Assembly (NCBI GenBank): GCA_002269645.1
Contig: NIVC01000130.1
Location: forward strand, 744,001-808,000
Origin: Macrostomum lignano
Lineage: Eukaryota
Length of the DNA: 64,000 nucleotides
Direction of reading: 5' to 3'
Shown here: positions 1 through 54,111 of the stretch, in pieces
Position numbering within the stretch: position 1 is the stretch's first letter
Layout: each line of letters begins with the position of its first letter
Notes under the pieces: model-generated
Seen by the model: only the letters and a program-made list of their open reading frames with translations
Database searches by the model: none
Told to the model about the DNA's origin: nothing
Made by a program: the position numbers and the translations under genes

Positions 1-114
1 TATATTGTTGCTGAGACTGAGGAATTGACGCTCCTGAAATTGTTTGTGCAATTACATCGTCACATATGTAACAAATAAAAGTACATTATTACAACAAAGT
101 ACAAAACAACTTAC

Positions 115-31649
<31,535 letters not shown>

Positions 31650-33876
31650 TATTCTGTTGGCGTGGCCGCAACCAACCGAGGGTTGATAGATTTGTTGCCA
31701 GTGACACTGAAGCTGTTTGCTTTCGCTATCCGGCAGGCAAGCATCATTTGGATGCCAGCAGCGGAGGCTCTGGCATCACCGCGAGTTTTGGTTATGGCTA
31801 ACTTTTTCTTAAAGAAAAAATAGTAGTTGTCTGTAGCTAAATCTCGGTTTGGACGATGCAACTCCCTCTAATCAGGTCAGGACGGTAGTGCTAGGACGAA
31901 GCTTGGGCCTCTAGCTACCAATGGATTCTTAGATAAGACGGTCTGGGCAGCCACCCCTTCAGAAGCTCAGGGGATCCATTGCAGTGAAGCAGGAGAATGG
32001 ACAGAGGAAGACTCTAGAGAGCCAATCACCGGGCAGCACTTCATTCATCGCGGCTGCACTTACTCCTAATCCGTCTCGGCGATATACTTTGCGTGTAAAA
32101 TAGTTAAAATACTAATAGTAGCACCCATGCCGCACTACTGTTAGTAAGACTTATCACCTTCATTTCTGTTTCTAAGAAACTTTCTTCAGTTTTACAGATG
32201 GGCGCTGCAGCAGACCAGGGCGCGTGTCCAGTACGTCAAGTATGGATTTACCATAGACAGTCGTCTCGAAGTTTCGTGCCCATCCCGCTGATTTTACACT
32301 GAATCAATAGTCTTTTGGCCATAGACATACTGGCCATAGGCCACGGTTACTACTTTCTTTGGACGCGTCAACCGCTTCAGAGGAGCGGTTCCGCCTAAAG
32401 ATCATATATGCAAAAGATGGATATCACTCATTAACCACTTATGTGGCCATAGAAGCCAATGTAAAATAGTTAGCGTTTCGTGACAGTGCGAAATAAACTA
32501 CTGAACTTAGTAGTCTCTGCAGTGCATGTGATGGGTTCGGCCTTTTAAGCCTGTAGCTTCGGGCCTCAGAACTCAGAAATGAATCACTTAGAACTCTGGC
32601 CTCTCACTCCTGTCAGATGGTCAGCCCCGTGGTAGCTAGATTGTGGGCGAGCAGCAAGGTCCTATAGCTAAGAGAAGACAGCGAGAGACAAGCAGGGGGA
32701 ATTTGAAAGGTAGAGATTATTTAATCCACAGATTAACTAACCCGCTGCCACCAGTCCGTGCGCCCCGGCTCACCAAACCGGAGCTGTCGAAATCGGACTT
32801 CCGACTAGAGGGGTACTGCACTTACCTGCCATCTAGTGTCTTTTAGCTGTCTATCTCGAAGTCATAGCCGAACAGAAGGGACGCTGCTGGGACTCAGATC
32901 GCATTGGTCATGCAGGGACAGAGAGGACTTCTGCAGGGGGTTCTTGCGCTGGCGAGCTTTCAAGCACCGCCCAATGTACTACCTCATTACCAAATTCCCA
33001 GAAGTACATGTACAAGTACACGTAACTGCACGCTTTTGGCACTAAATGTGTTAACAGGTCGACAGATAGCGATGATGTAGGTGTATTGCCGCCTTTGGAG
33101 ATCTTTAGACTAACATTTAACTCGTTTTAGCCGCTTAGCTGCTTGATACTGCACGAAAGTACCAGCCTGGCCCTTAGTTTGCATGTTTATATTGATTGCT
33201 TCGATCGACTGATTGACTGGGAACTGTGTCGCTTCCGGTCCACTGTGACCTCTGCCCTTAGATGTAGCCGCTCATCTCAGCAGGCATTGCGAAAAAGAAA
33301 GAAAACGCAAAGTCTTTAACTTCCAGATTTAACTTTCTCACTTAATCCGCAATCCTAAACACCTTAGATCGAGTCAGAGCAAATGGCTACTTTAGTATTA
33401 TACGGAACTTCTGCCTCGAGTTTGGCACACGAAAACAAGTAAGCAAAAGTGCAAATCCTATCAGACTACCTAGGAAGGGGCCAGACCAATCAGAGGACCT
33501 AACCGCCGGTAGCCAAGGATTCCACAGAGACCGAAACGCTCGGGCGGGATGCTGCTGCTGATCTTAGTTCATGAGCACCGCAGTTGTTCTCAACTGGCCG
33601 GTTGCTGTCGCTGCTCTTAGATTACGACCGGGAAGTCACGGGCGATGCTGTTCAGGAGGACTTAACCGTTGAAGCGGAAGCTGATGGGTGACGACGACTA
33701 AAGCTTGGGGGACGGAACGTCAGGAAGTTGACCAAGCAGGGGGCGAAGGCCGGTGGAGGAAGGATCACGAGTGACCTCGGCCGAAGGTAGGAGGAACGAA
33801 GCCGAAGGTCCGGAAACCCTTTCGAGGCGCAGGGGGGAAGAACACGGCCTTTTCGAGCGCGAGCCGACGTGCCGCC

Positions 33877-34008
33877 TTTTATAGATCTCACGCGGCGGAT
33901 TTTTTATAGCGAGCGCCGAATTTTCCTATTGGCTGAGGGCCTTCGTTAAAATCGGCGCCGAATTTTCTGATTGGTCGAGCCGGGGGTGGTCAGGTCGACT
34001 CTGATTGG
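33877..34008 (-). promoter_or_regulatory. Candidate Pol II promoter: TATAAAA (33883, 33908) with three CCAAT boxes (33932, 33974, 34008), pointing toward Cav3
   Basis: The motifs and their order are visible on the minus strand. A possible untranslated exon with a G|GTTAAG donor follows at about 33667. Confidence 0.4.
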
Positions 34009-35091
34009 CTGAGCTCAAGACCCCAAAACCCACCCCACCAGGTGGGCTCCAGGACCCAGGGAAGTTGACAGGTGCGGTCATAAATCAAAACAAAAACCGA
34101 ATAAAAGTCACTTGTCAAGACATCCTGGCGCCGGAAGTGACTGCAAAAAGCCCATAACTCAAAGGAGAAGGTAACAGAGCGAGTGGGAAGGAGACTGGAA
34201 AGACCTCTTCGACCCAGGCAGGCTGGAGCCAAAAGTGACAGCTGGACCGCAATGAATCACTAAAAATAGTGAAAAAGTCACAAATCGGGGGGACAGAATG
34301 AGATAAAAACATTCCTCCCAGACTTAGTGTCACCTGTCTAGACTGTTAGAGGTCAATCCGCCTCAGACCCAGACAGCCTGCCTGACCTTCCTTAAAGCGT
34401 AAACAACTCAAAAATAGAATCCTAGGGGAAGTACATTAAGTCCCTAACATAATTAATGGTAATGTCATGTAATAGTTTAGGACTCAGCCTAGATGAGAGA
34501 ATAGAGAGAAATTCCTAAGCTAGCCTACTGACAGTAGGGGAAAAAGCGCATCGAAGCTAAATGTGCGGTTTTAAGATTGAAACAAGGTGCGTCCTCATCA
34601 CATGCATCATTCTTAGCTTGATAAAGTAGCTTCAATTATTTAATTCATGAAAAGTTCTATCAAATTCTAAAAAAATAGCGTCTATGTCCCTAAGCTACTG
34701 AACTCAAAATTTAAGCAACCCTCAGCGACGAATAACAGAGGTCGCGCTTTCCGGCCTATTGCCGTAAAACAAAGTGGCCTATCTAGGGAATATACGCTCG
34801 CAAGAGTCATGGTTCCACCCCTCTGAATTTTCGTATCTACACGCATCTGCATAACGTTGTGCTTTTTTTAATATACTCAGCTTAAAATTGGAGTTTCTAA
34901 ACTGCAAACAGGAGAACAATGCTGCCATAAAAGTGGAATCCGTTCATACATGTTTGCTATGCTGGCTTCATGCGGATGTTCACCTTTTTTCTAGAAAGCC
35001 GTGGATTGGCTGGGCAAAACGCATAAATGTGCACGGAGAGCGTCAGTGTCAGTCAGACAAATCCATACAGAATTTCTCTGTAGCAGCAAGC

Positions 35092-36781
35092 ATGAGCTCA
35101 TCCTGGATACTGCCCTGCCTGTTTCTAAATCTGTTAACTCTGACATCACCGGTAGCTCAGGCTGAGCAGCTGGCGCACTACCAACTGTCGGCAATAGTGA
35201 ATGCGTTGCTGCCAACACTGAACTCCACACAGCTACGGGAGTTGATGCAACTGGGCAGAAACTTTTCCAATTGTCAGTTACACTATTACAACGCTGATGC
35301 CGTCCATGGTGAATTGCTTAGCAACACATCCGGTTGGACGTTAATGATTCGGTTTCGTCCTCGAGTGAAGCTTTCTGGTTGTCATAGTAACGATTCACAT
35401 CAGAATGTTAATTTAATTGACGGGCTAGCGACATTCACCTTTAATAAAAATGATACAAGTAGCGAGCCTGGTGAGTTTTATATTTGATTAATGACGCTCT
35501 TTCAGTACAAGTTTAATGCTGTTATTTATGCACAGATACGTGTTAAACATAACCGTCTGTAAAGGTGGCTTCATCGTACCGATAACACTGAAGCAGTCCA
35601 TTGTGTTCACCGTGTGCGGAATCATAATTGCCGGATTCTTCTGCGTTGCCGCAGGTTTGAGACTTAGGTGAGATTAAATGCTAGCTGTTTTGTATTGCTC
35701 CAAACCCAGACGTCCCACAGCCCAGCACCCACAGCCGCAACACCCCACAGCCCCAACACCCCACAGCCCCAACACCCCACAGCCCCACAGCCCCAACACC
35801 CCACAGCCCCACAGCCCCAACATCCCACAGCCCCAAAGCCCCAACACCCCACAGCCCCACAGCCCCAACACCCCACAGCCCCAACACCCCACAGCCCCAA
35901 CACCCCACAGCCCCAACACCCCACAGCCTCAACACCCCACAGCCCCAAAGCCCCAACACCCCACAGCCCCAACACCCACAGCCCTAACACCCACAGCCCC
36001 AACACCCCACAGCCCCACAGTCCAGCACCCACAGCCCCAACACCCCACAGCCCCAACACCCCACAGCCCCAACACCCCACAGCCCCAACACCCCACAGCC
36101 CCAACACCCCACAGCCCCAACACCCCACAGCCCCAACACCCCACAGCCCCAACACCCCACAGCCTCAACACCCCACAGCCCCAACACCCCACAGCCTCAA
36201 CACCCCACAGCCCCAAAGCCCCAACACCCCACAGCCCCAACACCCACAGCCCCAACACCCCACAGCCCCAACACCCCACAGCCCCACAGCCCAGCACCCA
36301 CAGCCCCAACACCCCACAGCCCCAACACCCCACAGCCCCAACACCCCACAGCCCCAACACCCCACAGCCTCAACACCCCACAGCCCCAACACCCCACAGC
36401 CCCAACACCTAACAGCCCTAGCACTCACAGCCCCAACACCTCACAGGCCTAACACCTCACATCCAAACACCCACAGCCCCTACACCCCAGCTAACCAACA
36501 CCACAACACCTTACACCGGCAGAAATCGCCTCAGAAAGCAGCTTCGAAAGCGCAAAACGGTAGTCAGAGAGGCCACTAAAACGAAGTCGCGACAGGCACC
36601 ATCGCATCTGGCGCAGCATCATTTGGCGCCGCTAAGCCGTCAGTCAAGTGGCGCGGCGGCAGCGGCCGCGGAGGCGGCGACGCCACCAGTGTTCTCATTT
36701 AGCTTTTCCAGCTCAAGGCAACAGCAAAGATCAGTGGACTTTGCAGATTCGACTGATTATATTACGGTGGTCAGTTTTTAA
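35092..36781 (+). CDS. Orphan type I membrane glycoprotein, 3 exons (35092-35470; 35565 or 35536 to 35667; 36523-36781), about 246 aa
   Basis: Signal peptide MSSSWILPCLFLNLLTLTSPVAQA; several N-x-S/T sequons; TM SIVFTVCGIIIAGFFCVAAGL; basic stop-transfer RLRNRLRKQLRKRK; GTGAG donors. The first acceptor is ambiguous. Confidence 0.7.
35714..36480. repeat. About 16-bp ACCCCACAGCCCCAAC repeat filling an intron
   Basis: Seen directly. Confidence 0.95.
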
Positions 36782-36899
36782 AGCTTTTCAAAAAAAATTG
36801 TTTTGGATGATTTCCTTTAGGATTAAGACTGCGTTGTTGTGGCTGTGGCATCGCATAACATGGCGCCTCATACAAGTATGAAATGACGTATCACAGACG

Positions 36900-37452
36900 C
36901 GTGAACTGGCGACTCACAGAATCGTGAAATGGCGCCACAGTTACATAATGAACTGGCGCCTCACAGATACACAATGAACTGGCGCCTCACAGAATCGTGA
37001 ACTGGCGCCACAGTTACATAATGAACTGGCGCCTCACAGAATCGTGAAATGACGCCTCACAGAATCGTGAACTGGCGCCTCACAGAATCGTGAACTGGCG
37101 TCTCACAGAATCGTGAAATGACGCCTCAAAAGATCGTGAACTGGCGCTTTACAGAATCGTGAACCGGCGCTTTACAGAATAGTGAAATGGCGCCTCACAG
37201 AATCGTGAACTGGCGCCTCACGGAATCGTGAATTGGCGCCTCACAGAATCGTGAAATGACGCCTCAAAAGATCGTGAACTGGCGCTTTACAGAATCGTGA
37301 ACTGGCGCTTTACAGAATAGTGAAATGGCGCCTCACAGAATCGTGAACTGGCGTCTCACGGAATCGTGAACTGGCGCTTTACAGAATAGTGAAATGGCGC
37401 CTCACAGAATCGTGAACTGGCGTCTCACGGAATCGTGAACTGGCACCTCACA
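36900..37452. repeat. 23-bp repeat GAACTGGCGCCTCACAGAATCGT
   Basis: Seen directly. Confidence 0.95.
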
Positions 37453-37863
37453 GTTGCACCCAAACGCACTGGCAGCCTCATACGACTGAAACAGAAATAG
37501 AGTGCTTAAAATTCAACATTTTAAGCTTGCTGCGAATCGTAAAAGCTGACAATAAATGTACGGCTTTGTGTCTGATGCAGTTCAATCCCGAAGGATCACT
37601 GAGAAGTTTATGACTCAAACAAACAGACTAGAAGCGCATGGTTGCAGCCATTTCTAGCTATAGCTATTGCATTTTTTAAATATCCAGTCTGCCAGAGATT
37701 CATTTTTCTGTCTTTTTTTGAATTGCTCTGCATTTTGGCCCTCAGATTTGTGCAGGTTCACAAAGCAAAAAACTGGCATCCTTCCTCGCTATTGAAAAAG
37801 CAGTTATTTTTTGTTGAGAGCTCTCCATTCCTGAGCAAATATTTCCTACAAAACAGCCGGCAG

Positions 37864-44335
<6,472 letters not shown>

Positions 44336-44444
44336 CTTGGCTGTCGTTGCAACGTTTTAGACACTGCACTGGTCTGATCAGGCTTTGATCGCCTTCAGTG
44401 CTGAGTTTTTCTTTCCATCAATAGCAGCTCCAAATAAACCGACG

Positions 44445-44810
44445 CCCTGAAATTTGATTGGAGCCAGTTTTCATTTTAATTGCCTTTGGTCTCAGAGTTT
44501 TATAAAATCAACCACCGCCCCCTTTTAAAGGCTGCCCCACCCCACGCCCTGAAATCGGATTGGCTAATGTCAATAGTCACTTTAATTGGCCTTGGGCGCA
44601 GAGTTTTCTAACCTGAACCCCCGTTATGTGGCTGTCCAGCCCACGCCCTGAAATCGGATTGGCTGGTGTCAATAGTCACTTTATTGGCCTTGGGTGCAGA
44701 GTTTTCTAACCTCAACCCCCTTTATAAATAGCTGCCCCACCCCACGCCTTGAAATCCGATTGGCTGGAGCCAAAATCTCATTTTAATTGGCTTTAAGCAG
44801 AGCCTTCTAA
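44445..44810. repeat. About 100-bp diverged tandem repeat, 4 copies (CCACGCCCTGAAATCGGATTGGCT...)
   Basis: Seen directly. Confidence 0.85.
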
Positions 44811-46138
44811 CCGTCTCTCTCTGGAAGTATGTACATTTTGTTTTACTTTTCATTTTATTTCCCCTGTTGTAGTTTTTTCTTAATCTATCCAATAGCTAGT
44901 TAAATTTACTGACAAAAATTATGAAATTATAACAGTGATCGGAAAGCTATTTCTAAGCTGAAATGGCTTAAGGGTTGATTTTTTGCAGAAATTAACATAT
45001 GCTGTGCATTCCATTGACGAACGCCCAGGTAGAATAGTGGTTATATATAGTTGCATGTACATATATCAAACTCAACACTTTTTATCCTAATTCTAAACGC
45101 TTGTAAATACTTCCTATTTCAACTGATTCATTCGAATAGAATGGATTTGAAATCGTTGAACTGCTGCGTGCGTGTTTCGCAAATCAAACTTGCTACTACA
45201 TAAGTAGTGCATCAAAGATGTTGATTCAATAAAAGCAACTTGGCATACCTGGAAATTTTAATTCTAAATGAATTCGTGGAAAAGTTATTGTGTAGAAAAT
45301 TATCTATTTATTAAGAGGCGCGCAGGCCTACAAAGTTGACCTAAAAAATTAACTGAACCAGATATCTGACCACGAGTCTGCAGTTTCCAAACTACTTTTT
45401 CCGATACGTTTTAAAAGCGTAATTTTTTTCTGGGTACACAACAGTTATTGTAGCAAAGATAGATAAATTACTCTTCAAATTTTATTGTTCGATACAAATT
45501 TTAATCTGCCTTTAATAACCAGAGCTTTCCAGCTGAATCCACTTTCTACCAATGATGAGACTTAGCGTCAAGTTCGAGCTGCTTCAAGTACAGCCGAACC
45601 TCGAGCAGAACCCATTTCACAGTTTCAAGTCGCAGGCTAAAAATAGTGTTGTTCACACCCTACCCGCCTCACTTCCCGCTGCCGGTGGGATCGGTGAATG
45701 TTCACCAGAGTGAAATAACGAATTGCACGAAACCATGCAACCGCGAGTCGCCTATACGGCCCTAAATAGTTGCTGATTCCATTGGGACTTGAGAGGGTAA
45801 GCAATTAAAATGCAGGTGCAAGTGCGAGTAAGTACATGTCCACGTATAGTCGACCAATTTGTGTTAGCAGAGTGCCTGTAGATAAAGCTCGTAGTCATCA
45901 GACAACTTACGCGAGCATAGAACAAGTAAGTAGATAGACTATAGATAGAGACTCTATATTGCCTATAGATCCTAGATAGCCTATAGATTCGAGTTTTCCT
46001 ATAGATGTTCCAGCTTTTTTCAAATTCCAGCTTTTTACACCATCCTGCTCTCCTTAATTATATTGATTATATTGCTCTTATAAGAAAATATTTTGCAAAC
46101 TAAAAGGTATTAAGGTTAATTAGGGAAAGGAAGCAACT

Positions 46139-46330
46139 GGGGGGGGGGGGTCGCCACACAACCTCAATTACCCCAGCTAATGCTGGCACCCAGTTTACAG
46201 CTGGGTGAACTCGAGCAATGCAGAGTTGTGTCTTGCTCAAGGACACAAATTGTTCCAGTGGGATCGGGAATCGAACTCCCGACGTAGTCAAGTCGTGAGT
46301 CCGACGCTCTGACCACCAGGCTGCGACCCC
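46139..46330 (-). mobile_element. Same SINE family (copy 3, 3'-truncated)
   Basis: Reverse complement reads GGTGGTCAGAGCGTCGGACT...GTTCGATTCCC...TGTGTCCTTGAGCAAGACAC...CACCCAGCTGTAAA. Confidence 0.8.
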
Positions 46331-47127
46331 TCCTAGACTACAACATCAATTTTGCTATTTTGTAAGAACTGAAAGGATAGTGGGTGACAAAATTAAAAAG
46401 AGGCAAGTAAAGTGGTATCATCAACAAAAGAATGAATTTCTGATGTTTTAATTTCAAGAAGGTCATTTATTATACAAGTATAGGAATAGGGTAGTAAAGA
46501 TAGGAATAAGACAGATCCTTGGGGAATAGGGGAAATCTGATTGCCTATAGATGCTAGATTGCCATTAGATCCTGGTCACTAGATTGCCTATAATTCAGGT
46601 CACTAGATTGCCTATAGATCCGGGTCCAGTTTCCCTCAGAAAAAAGTGTTTTTGCGCATTTTTTCAGAACCCTAATTTTCTCCGACAGACTTGAAGCGTC
46701 ATGGACCGCTGTCGGTGACCGGCCAGTAGCGATGCAGTTCCGAGGTGCGTTCGGCAGGCGTGACGGCGCAACTCCCAAATCCCCTTACAGATTTTTTCTG
46801 CGCCTTGAAGCGACACCATAGCTATTTATCATTTTGTTTCTCATGTTTTCGAGGCGAGTTTTTGAAGTATCCGACGACAGAAAAGTAGCCATTAGGGCCG
46901 AATACTCAACAAGTTCTTTTGTAAAGGTTATCCGCCCGATTTAAAAAAGTTGTTTACAAGACTTTTTCCCTCAAAACCAGTCGCAGGGTCTGCACCTTCT
47001 CGCACCCATTTTGCTTAATCAGCTTATCATGGGATCTCATCATTGTTTTAATCCCCACTTCCGAACGGTTTCAGTCTCGGGTTGATAGTCTTAAATCGGA
47101 TACACAATCACTCGATTCTCACTGGCT

Positions 47128-47666
47128 CACTCAGTCACCAATCATGACCTCACTCACGAACGAACTCATGGCCTCAATCATGACCTCACGAACGAACTCA
47201 CTCACGAACTCACTCACGAACTCACTCATGACCTCAATCATAAACTCACTCATGAACTCACTCACGAACTCACTCATGAACTCACTCACGAACTCACTCA
47301 TGACCTCAATCATGAACTCACTCACTCACGAACTCACTCACGAACTCACTCATGACCTCAATCATGAACTCACTCACGAACTCACTCACGAACTCACTCA
47401 TGACCTCAATCATAAACTCACTCATGAACTCACTCACGAACTCACTCATGAACTCACTCACGAACTCACTCATGACCTCAATCACGAACTCACTCATGAA
47501 CTCACTCACGAACTCACTCATGACCTCAATCATGAACTCACTCACGAACTCACTCACGAACTCATTCATGACCTCAATCATGAACTCACTCAGGAACTCA
47601 CTCACGAACTCACTCATGACCTCAATCATGAACTCACTCACGAACTCATTCATGAACTCACTCATT
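47128..47666. repeat. 12-bp-based repeat GAACTCACTCAC / ATGACCTCAATC
   Basis: Seen directly. Confidence 0.93.
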
Positions 47667-48330
47667 CGCTCATATGATATATAAACTTACTGACTATTTA
47701 ATGAAGTCAGCGAACTAATTTTTCAAGACAATAAAGATTGACAAGGACGCAAATTTCTGCTAGATGAGAAGCATATATTTATCGCAAAGCATTTCTTTAA
47801 CTAAAATTTTCTTTGTTTATCCAGTGGCAGAAAATCGATCAAACAAAAAATCGAAGGCGGCCTTTACATTCTTAATAGCTACTGCAAGTAGTTAGCAGTT
47901 TAAGTACTTATTAGTAAAATAATTCGGTGGATTAACTCAGTCTTGATCAACCCTATTTAAAATGCGATAATAAAACAAGCTGATTGGGCCTTGTGTGAAG
48001 CAGTTTAAGCCTTATTTATTCATTTTGACTAAGACGGAAGCATAATTAGCGTTTTGCTCAAATTTTTAGACAGTGAAAAGCAAAAAATGTAAAAAATATT
48101 TTCTGGATCCTATGACTGCTAATATAGATATAACAGCAAAGACCACCTTGTATGAATAGGGGTTAACAAAACTATCGAAAAACAGCATTCTTCAATTATG
48201 TCCAAGCAAAACTATTTTATAAAAATACGAGTATCAAGACGAATAAGAGGGATACAATTTCTGAAAATTTTACAGCTTTAGTAAATATTTACAATGAAAA
48301 TGATGGACATGCGCCTTGCCGTAAGACTGG

Positions 48331-48341
48331 CTGACAGACAC

Positions 48342-48436
<95 letters not shown>

Positions 48437-48438
48437 CT

Positions 48439-48504
<66 letters not shown>

Positions 48505-48505
48505 T

Positions 48506-48562
<57 letters not shown>
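48331..48562. repeat. (ACAG)n microsatellite
   Basis: Seen directly. Confidence 0.97.
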
Positions 48563-48563
<1 letters not shown>

Positions 48564-48651
48564 TCTAAACACTTCAATGTGCTTCAGTTCTGTCCAACTT
48601 CGGCCACTCGGACACTCTGTACAAGTAAGTGTCCGGTCTACTAGCTCGCCA

Positions 48652-51315
<2,664 letters not shown>

Positions 51316-51569
51316 TTTTTCGCAATTGGTTGAATGTTTTCCTCACTTTCTTAAGTTTCAGGATTTTAAAATCGAGAAGCTTTTCTGAAGAAAGAAAAAG
51401 ATTGCTTTTTTATGTTTGCTAGCTGGGAAAGACTGGGTTGCTATTGGTTGTAGTGGACAACGGGGCAGCCTTATTGGTCCTGGAGATTGATGAGCAACCA
51501 ACATTGGACTGACACGATTAGGCGAAAAAATGCTGGATTAAAGTTTTTTAGAGTGCCCTGAGTTTTGTT

Positions 51570-52060
51570 GATTGGCGCCATTAAGATTTGATGATTCGCG
51601 CCACAAAGGATTTAATAATTGGCACCACAAGGGTTTAATAATTGACGCCACAAGGATTTAATAATTGGCGCCACAAGGATTTAATAATTGACGCCACAAG
51701 GATTTAATAATTGACGCCACAAGGATTTAATAATTGACGCCACAAGGGTTAAATAATTGACGCCACAAAGGATTTAATAATTGGCGCCACAAGGATTTAA
51801 TAATTGACGCCACAAGGATTTAATAATTGACGCCACAAGGATTTAATAATTGACGCCACATGGATTTAATAATTGACGCCACAAGGATTTAATAATTGAC
51901 GCCACAAGGATTTAATAATTGACGCCACAAAGGATCTAATAATTGACGCCACAAGGATTTAATAATTGGCGCCACAAGGATTTAATAATTGACGCCACAA
52001 GGATTTAAATTGGCGCCACAAGGATTTTATAATTAGCGCCGCAAAGATTTGATAATTGGC
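51570..52060. repeat. 23-bp repeat TTGACGCCACAAGGATTTAATAA
   Basis: Seen directly. Confidence 0.95.
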
Positions 52061-52225
52061 ATCTCAAATTTGTCGTATACCATGATTGACGTTAAATATA
52101 AAGAATCCAATTTCACAATTTTCTATATTCTCTACTAACCAAACGCAGTGAAAGTAATACTTAACGACTTTTTTTCCTCACAAAGTACCAAGCAATGCAA
52201 ATTGGAAGCACGAGATTTCATGCAT

Positions 52226-52383
52226 GCGCAACATTGGGATTCACTCGGCCGTTTCTATTGGCAACACATACATGTAAGTCGCTATTGGCTGAGTGCAGTC
52301 ACGTGACTACTATTCCGTCCAATAGCGACTTACGTGTGTGTGTGTTGCCAATAGAAACGGCCGAGTGAATCCCAAGGTTGCGC
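52226..52383. mobile_element. 158-bp palindrome (MITE-like)
   Basis: Arms of about 63 bp (52226-52288, 52319-52383) and a 30-bp loop containing GTCACGTGAC; no clear TSD. Confidence 0.6.
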
Positions 52384-52819
52384 CCAAGCATGCGAGAACT
52401 GCACTGCCAACCAGAGGGGCGCCAGCTACAGAGGGGTTTCAATATTCTTCCTAAACAAACAGCCCAGTCTACAAATTATTGCATGAACTTTCCTTCAATT
52501 AACCATTTACTGTGTCACCCGCTCATCACATTTACCCTCCACTGATTGCAACCTCCCATGAAACTGGCGGCAGAATATATCTATCTCTATCTAGCAGCCA
52601 AGCGCACACTGCAAAGCAGAAAAAGCCAGACTCTCATTTGATGATGAGGAATTGCTAAAAGTTACCCAATTTCTTTTTCGTTTTTGGTCTGTCTTTAATG
52701 ACTTCAATTCGAAAGACACACAGCAAGTCTGTAGCAATAATTGAGCAATCCGAATGCTTTGACTGTCTCTCGACTGAGACGTGCGGCCCACCTGTGCTTT
52801 CGCGTCGGTCTGTATGTAG

Positions 52820-53600
52820 GGACCCCCTGTAGCTGGCGTCCCCCTCTGTAGCTGGCGCCCCCTCTGTAGCTGGCGTCCCCCTCTGTAGCTGGCGCCCCCT
52901 CTGTAGCTGGCGCCCCCTCTGTAGCTGGCGCCCCCTCTGTAGCTGGCGCCCCCTCTGTAGCTGGCGCCCCCTCTGTAGCTGGCGCCCCCCTCTGTAGCTG
53001 GCGTCCCCCTCTGTAGCTGGCGCCCCCTCTGTAGCTGGCGTCCCCCTCTGTAGCTGGCGCCCCCTCTGTAGCTGGCGCCCCCTCTGTAGCTGGCGCCCCC
53101 TCTGTAGCTGGCGCCCCCTCTGTAGCTGGCGCCCCCTCTGTAGCTGGCGCCGCCTCTGTAGCTGGCGCTTCTTCTGTAGCTGGCGCCCCCTCTGTAGCTG
53201 GCGCCCCCTCTGTAGCTGGCGCCCCCTCTGTAGCTGGCGCCCCCTCTGTAGCTGGCACCCCCTCTGTAGCTGGCGCTTCTTCTGTAGCTGGCGCCCCCTC
53301 TGTAGCTGGCGTCCCCCTCTGTAGCTGGCGCCCCCTCTGTAGCTGGCGCCCCCTCTGTAGCTGGCGTCCCCTCTGTAGCTGGCGCCCCCTCTGTAGCTGG
53401 CGCTTCTGTAGCTGGCGCCGCCTCTGTAGCTGGCGCCCTCTGTAGCTGGCGCCGCCTCTGTAGCTGGCGCCCTCTGTAGCTGGCGCCCTCTGTAGCTGGC
53501 GCCGCCTCTGTAGCTGGCGCCCTCTGTAGCTGGCGCCCTCTGTAGCTGGCGCCGCCTCTGTAGCTGGCGCCCTCTGTAGCTGGAGCCCCCTGTAGCTGGC
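52820..53600. repeat. About 18-bp repeat TGTAGCTGGCGCCCCCTC
   Basis: Seen directly. Confidence 0.96.
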
Positions 53601-53752
53601 GCACTAACCTGTGTCCTGTGTTGTTGTAAAATATTTTTTTATAAAAAAATTGCTTCAAAAGTGAACCGAGTCGCTCTGATGCTCTTGGGTGAATGCTCTT
53701 TCAAGACTGAAGTTAATAACTTACTTGCAGATTTTCAATACATGCTTCGCAC

Positions 53753-53902
53753 CTGCTCAACCAACCTCTCTGTAGAGCAGGCATGGCTGGAGGTCGATGC
53801 TGTTGCACCAGCCGACCCAGGGGTACGCTCGTAGACGCCCGCGGGTGTTCCAGGTAGACCGCAGGGATGGGCAACGGCGTCGGTCACGTTAGAAACATTC
53901 AT
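53753..53902 (-). CDS. Candidate 50-codon exon MNVSNVTDAVAHPC...LVEQ, possibly an upstream N-terminal exon of the GPCR
   Basis: ATG, two N-terminal sequons (NVS, NVT), GC-rich, CAG|GTGCGA donor. No phase-compatible acceptor was found next to TM1. Confidence 0.3.
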
Positions 53903-54111
53903 AGATGATGAGCTTCATGAATGATTTTCGATTATATGTCGAACTATAAATCATATTTTGATATTTAATGGCTACGGACGAATGCGACTCGCTCAGACGG
54001 AAAGGCAGCCAATCAAAGACGGAGTTTCGGCAGCCAAGTTGTGTTGAAATAGACAGACCTTGCGGACCCGGCAGTCTTCAGCAGTCATTGCTAACCGTTA
54101 GCTGTAATAAA

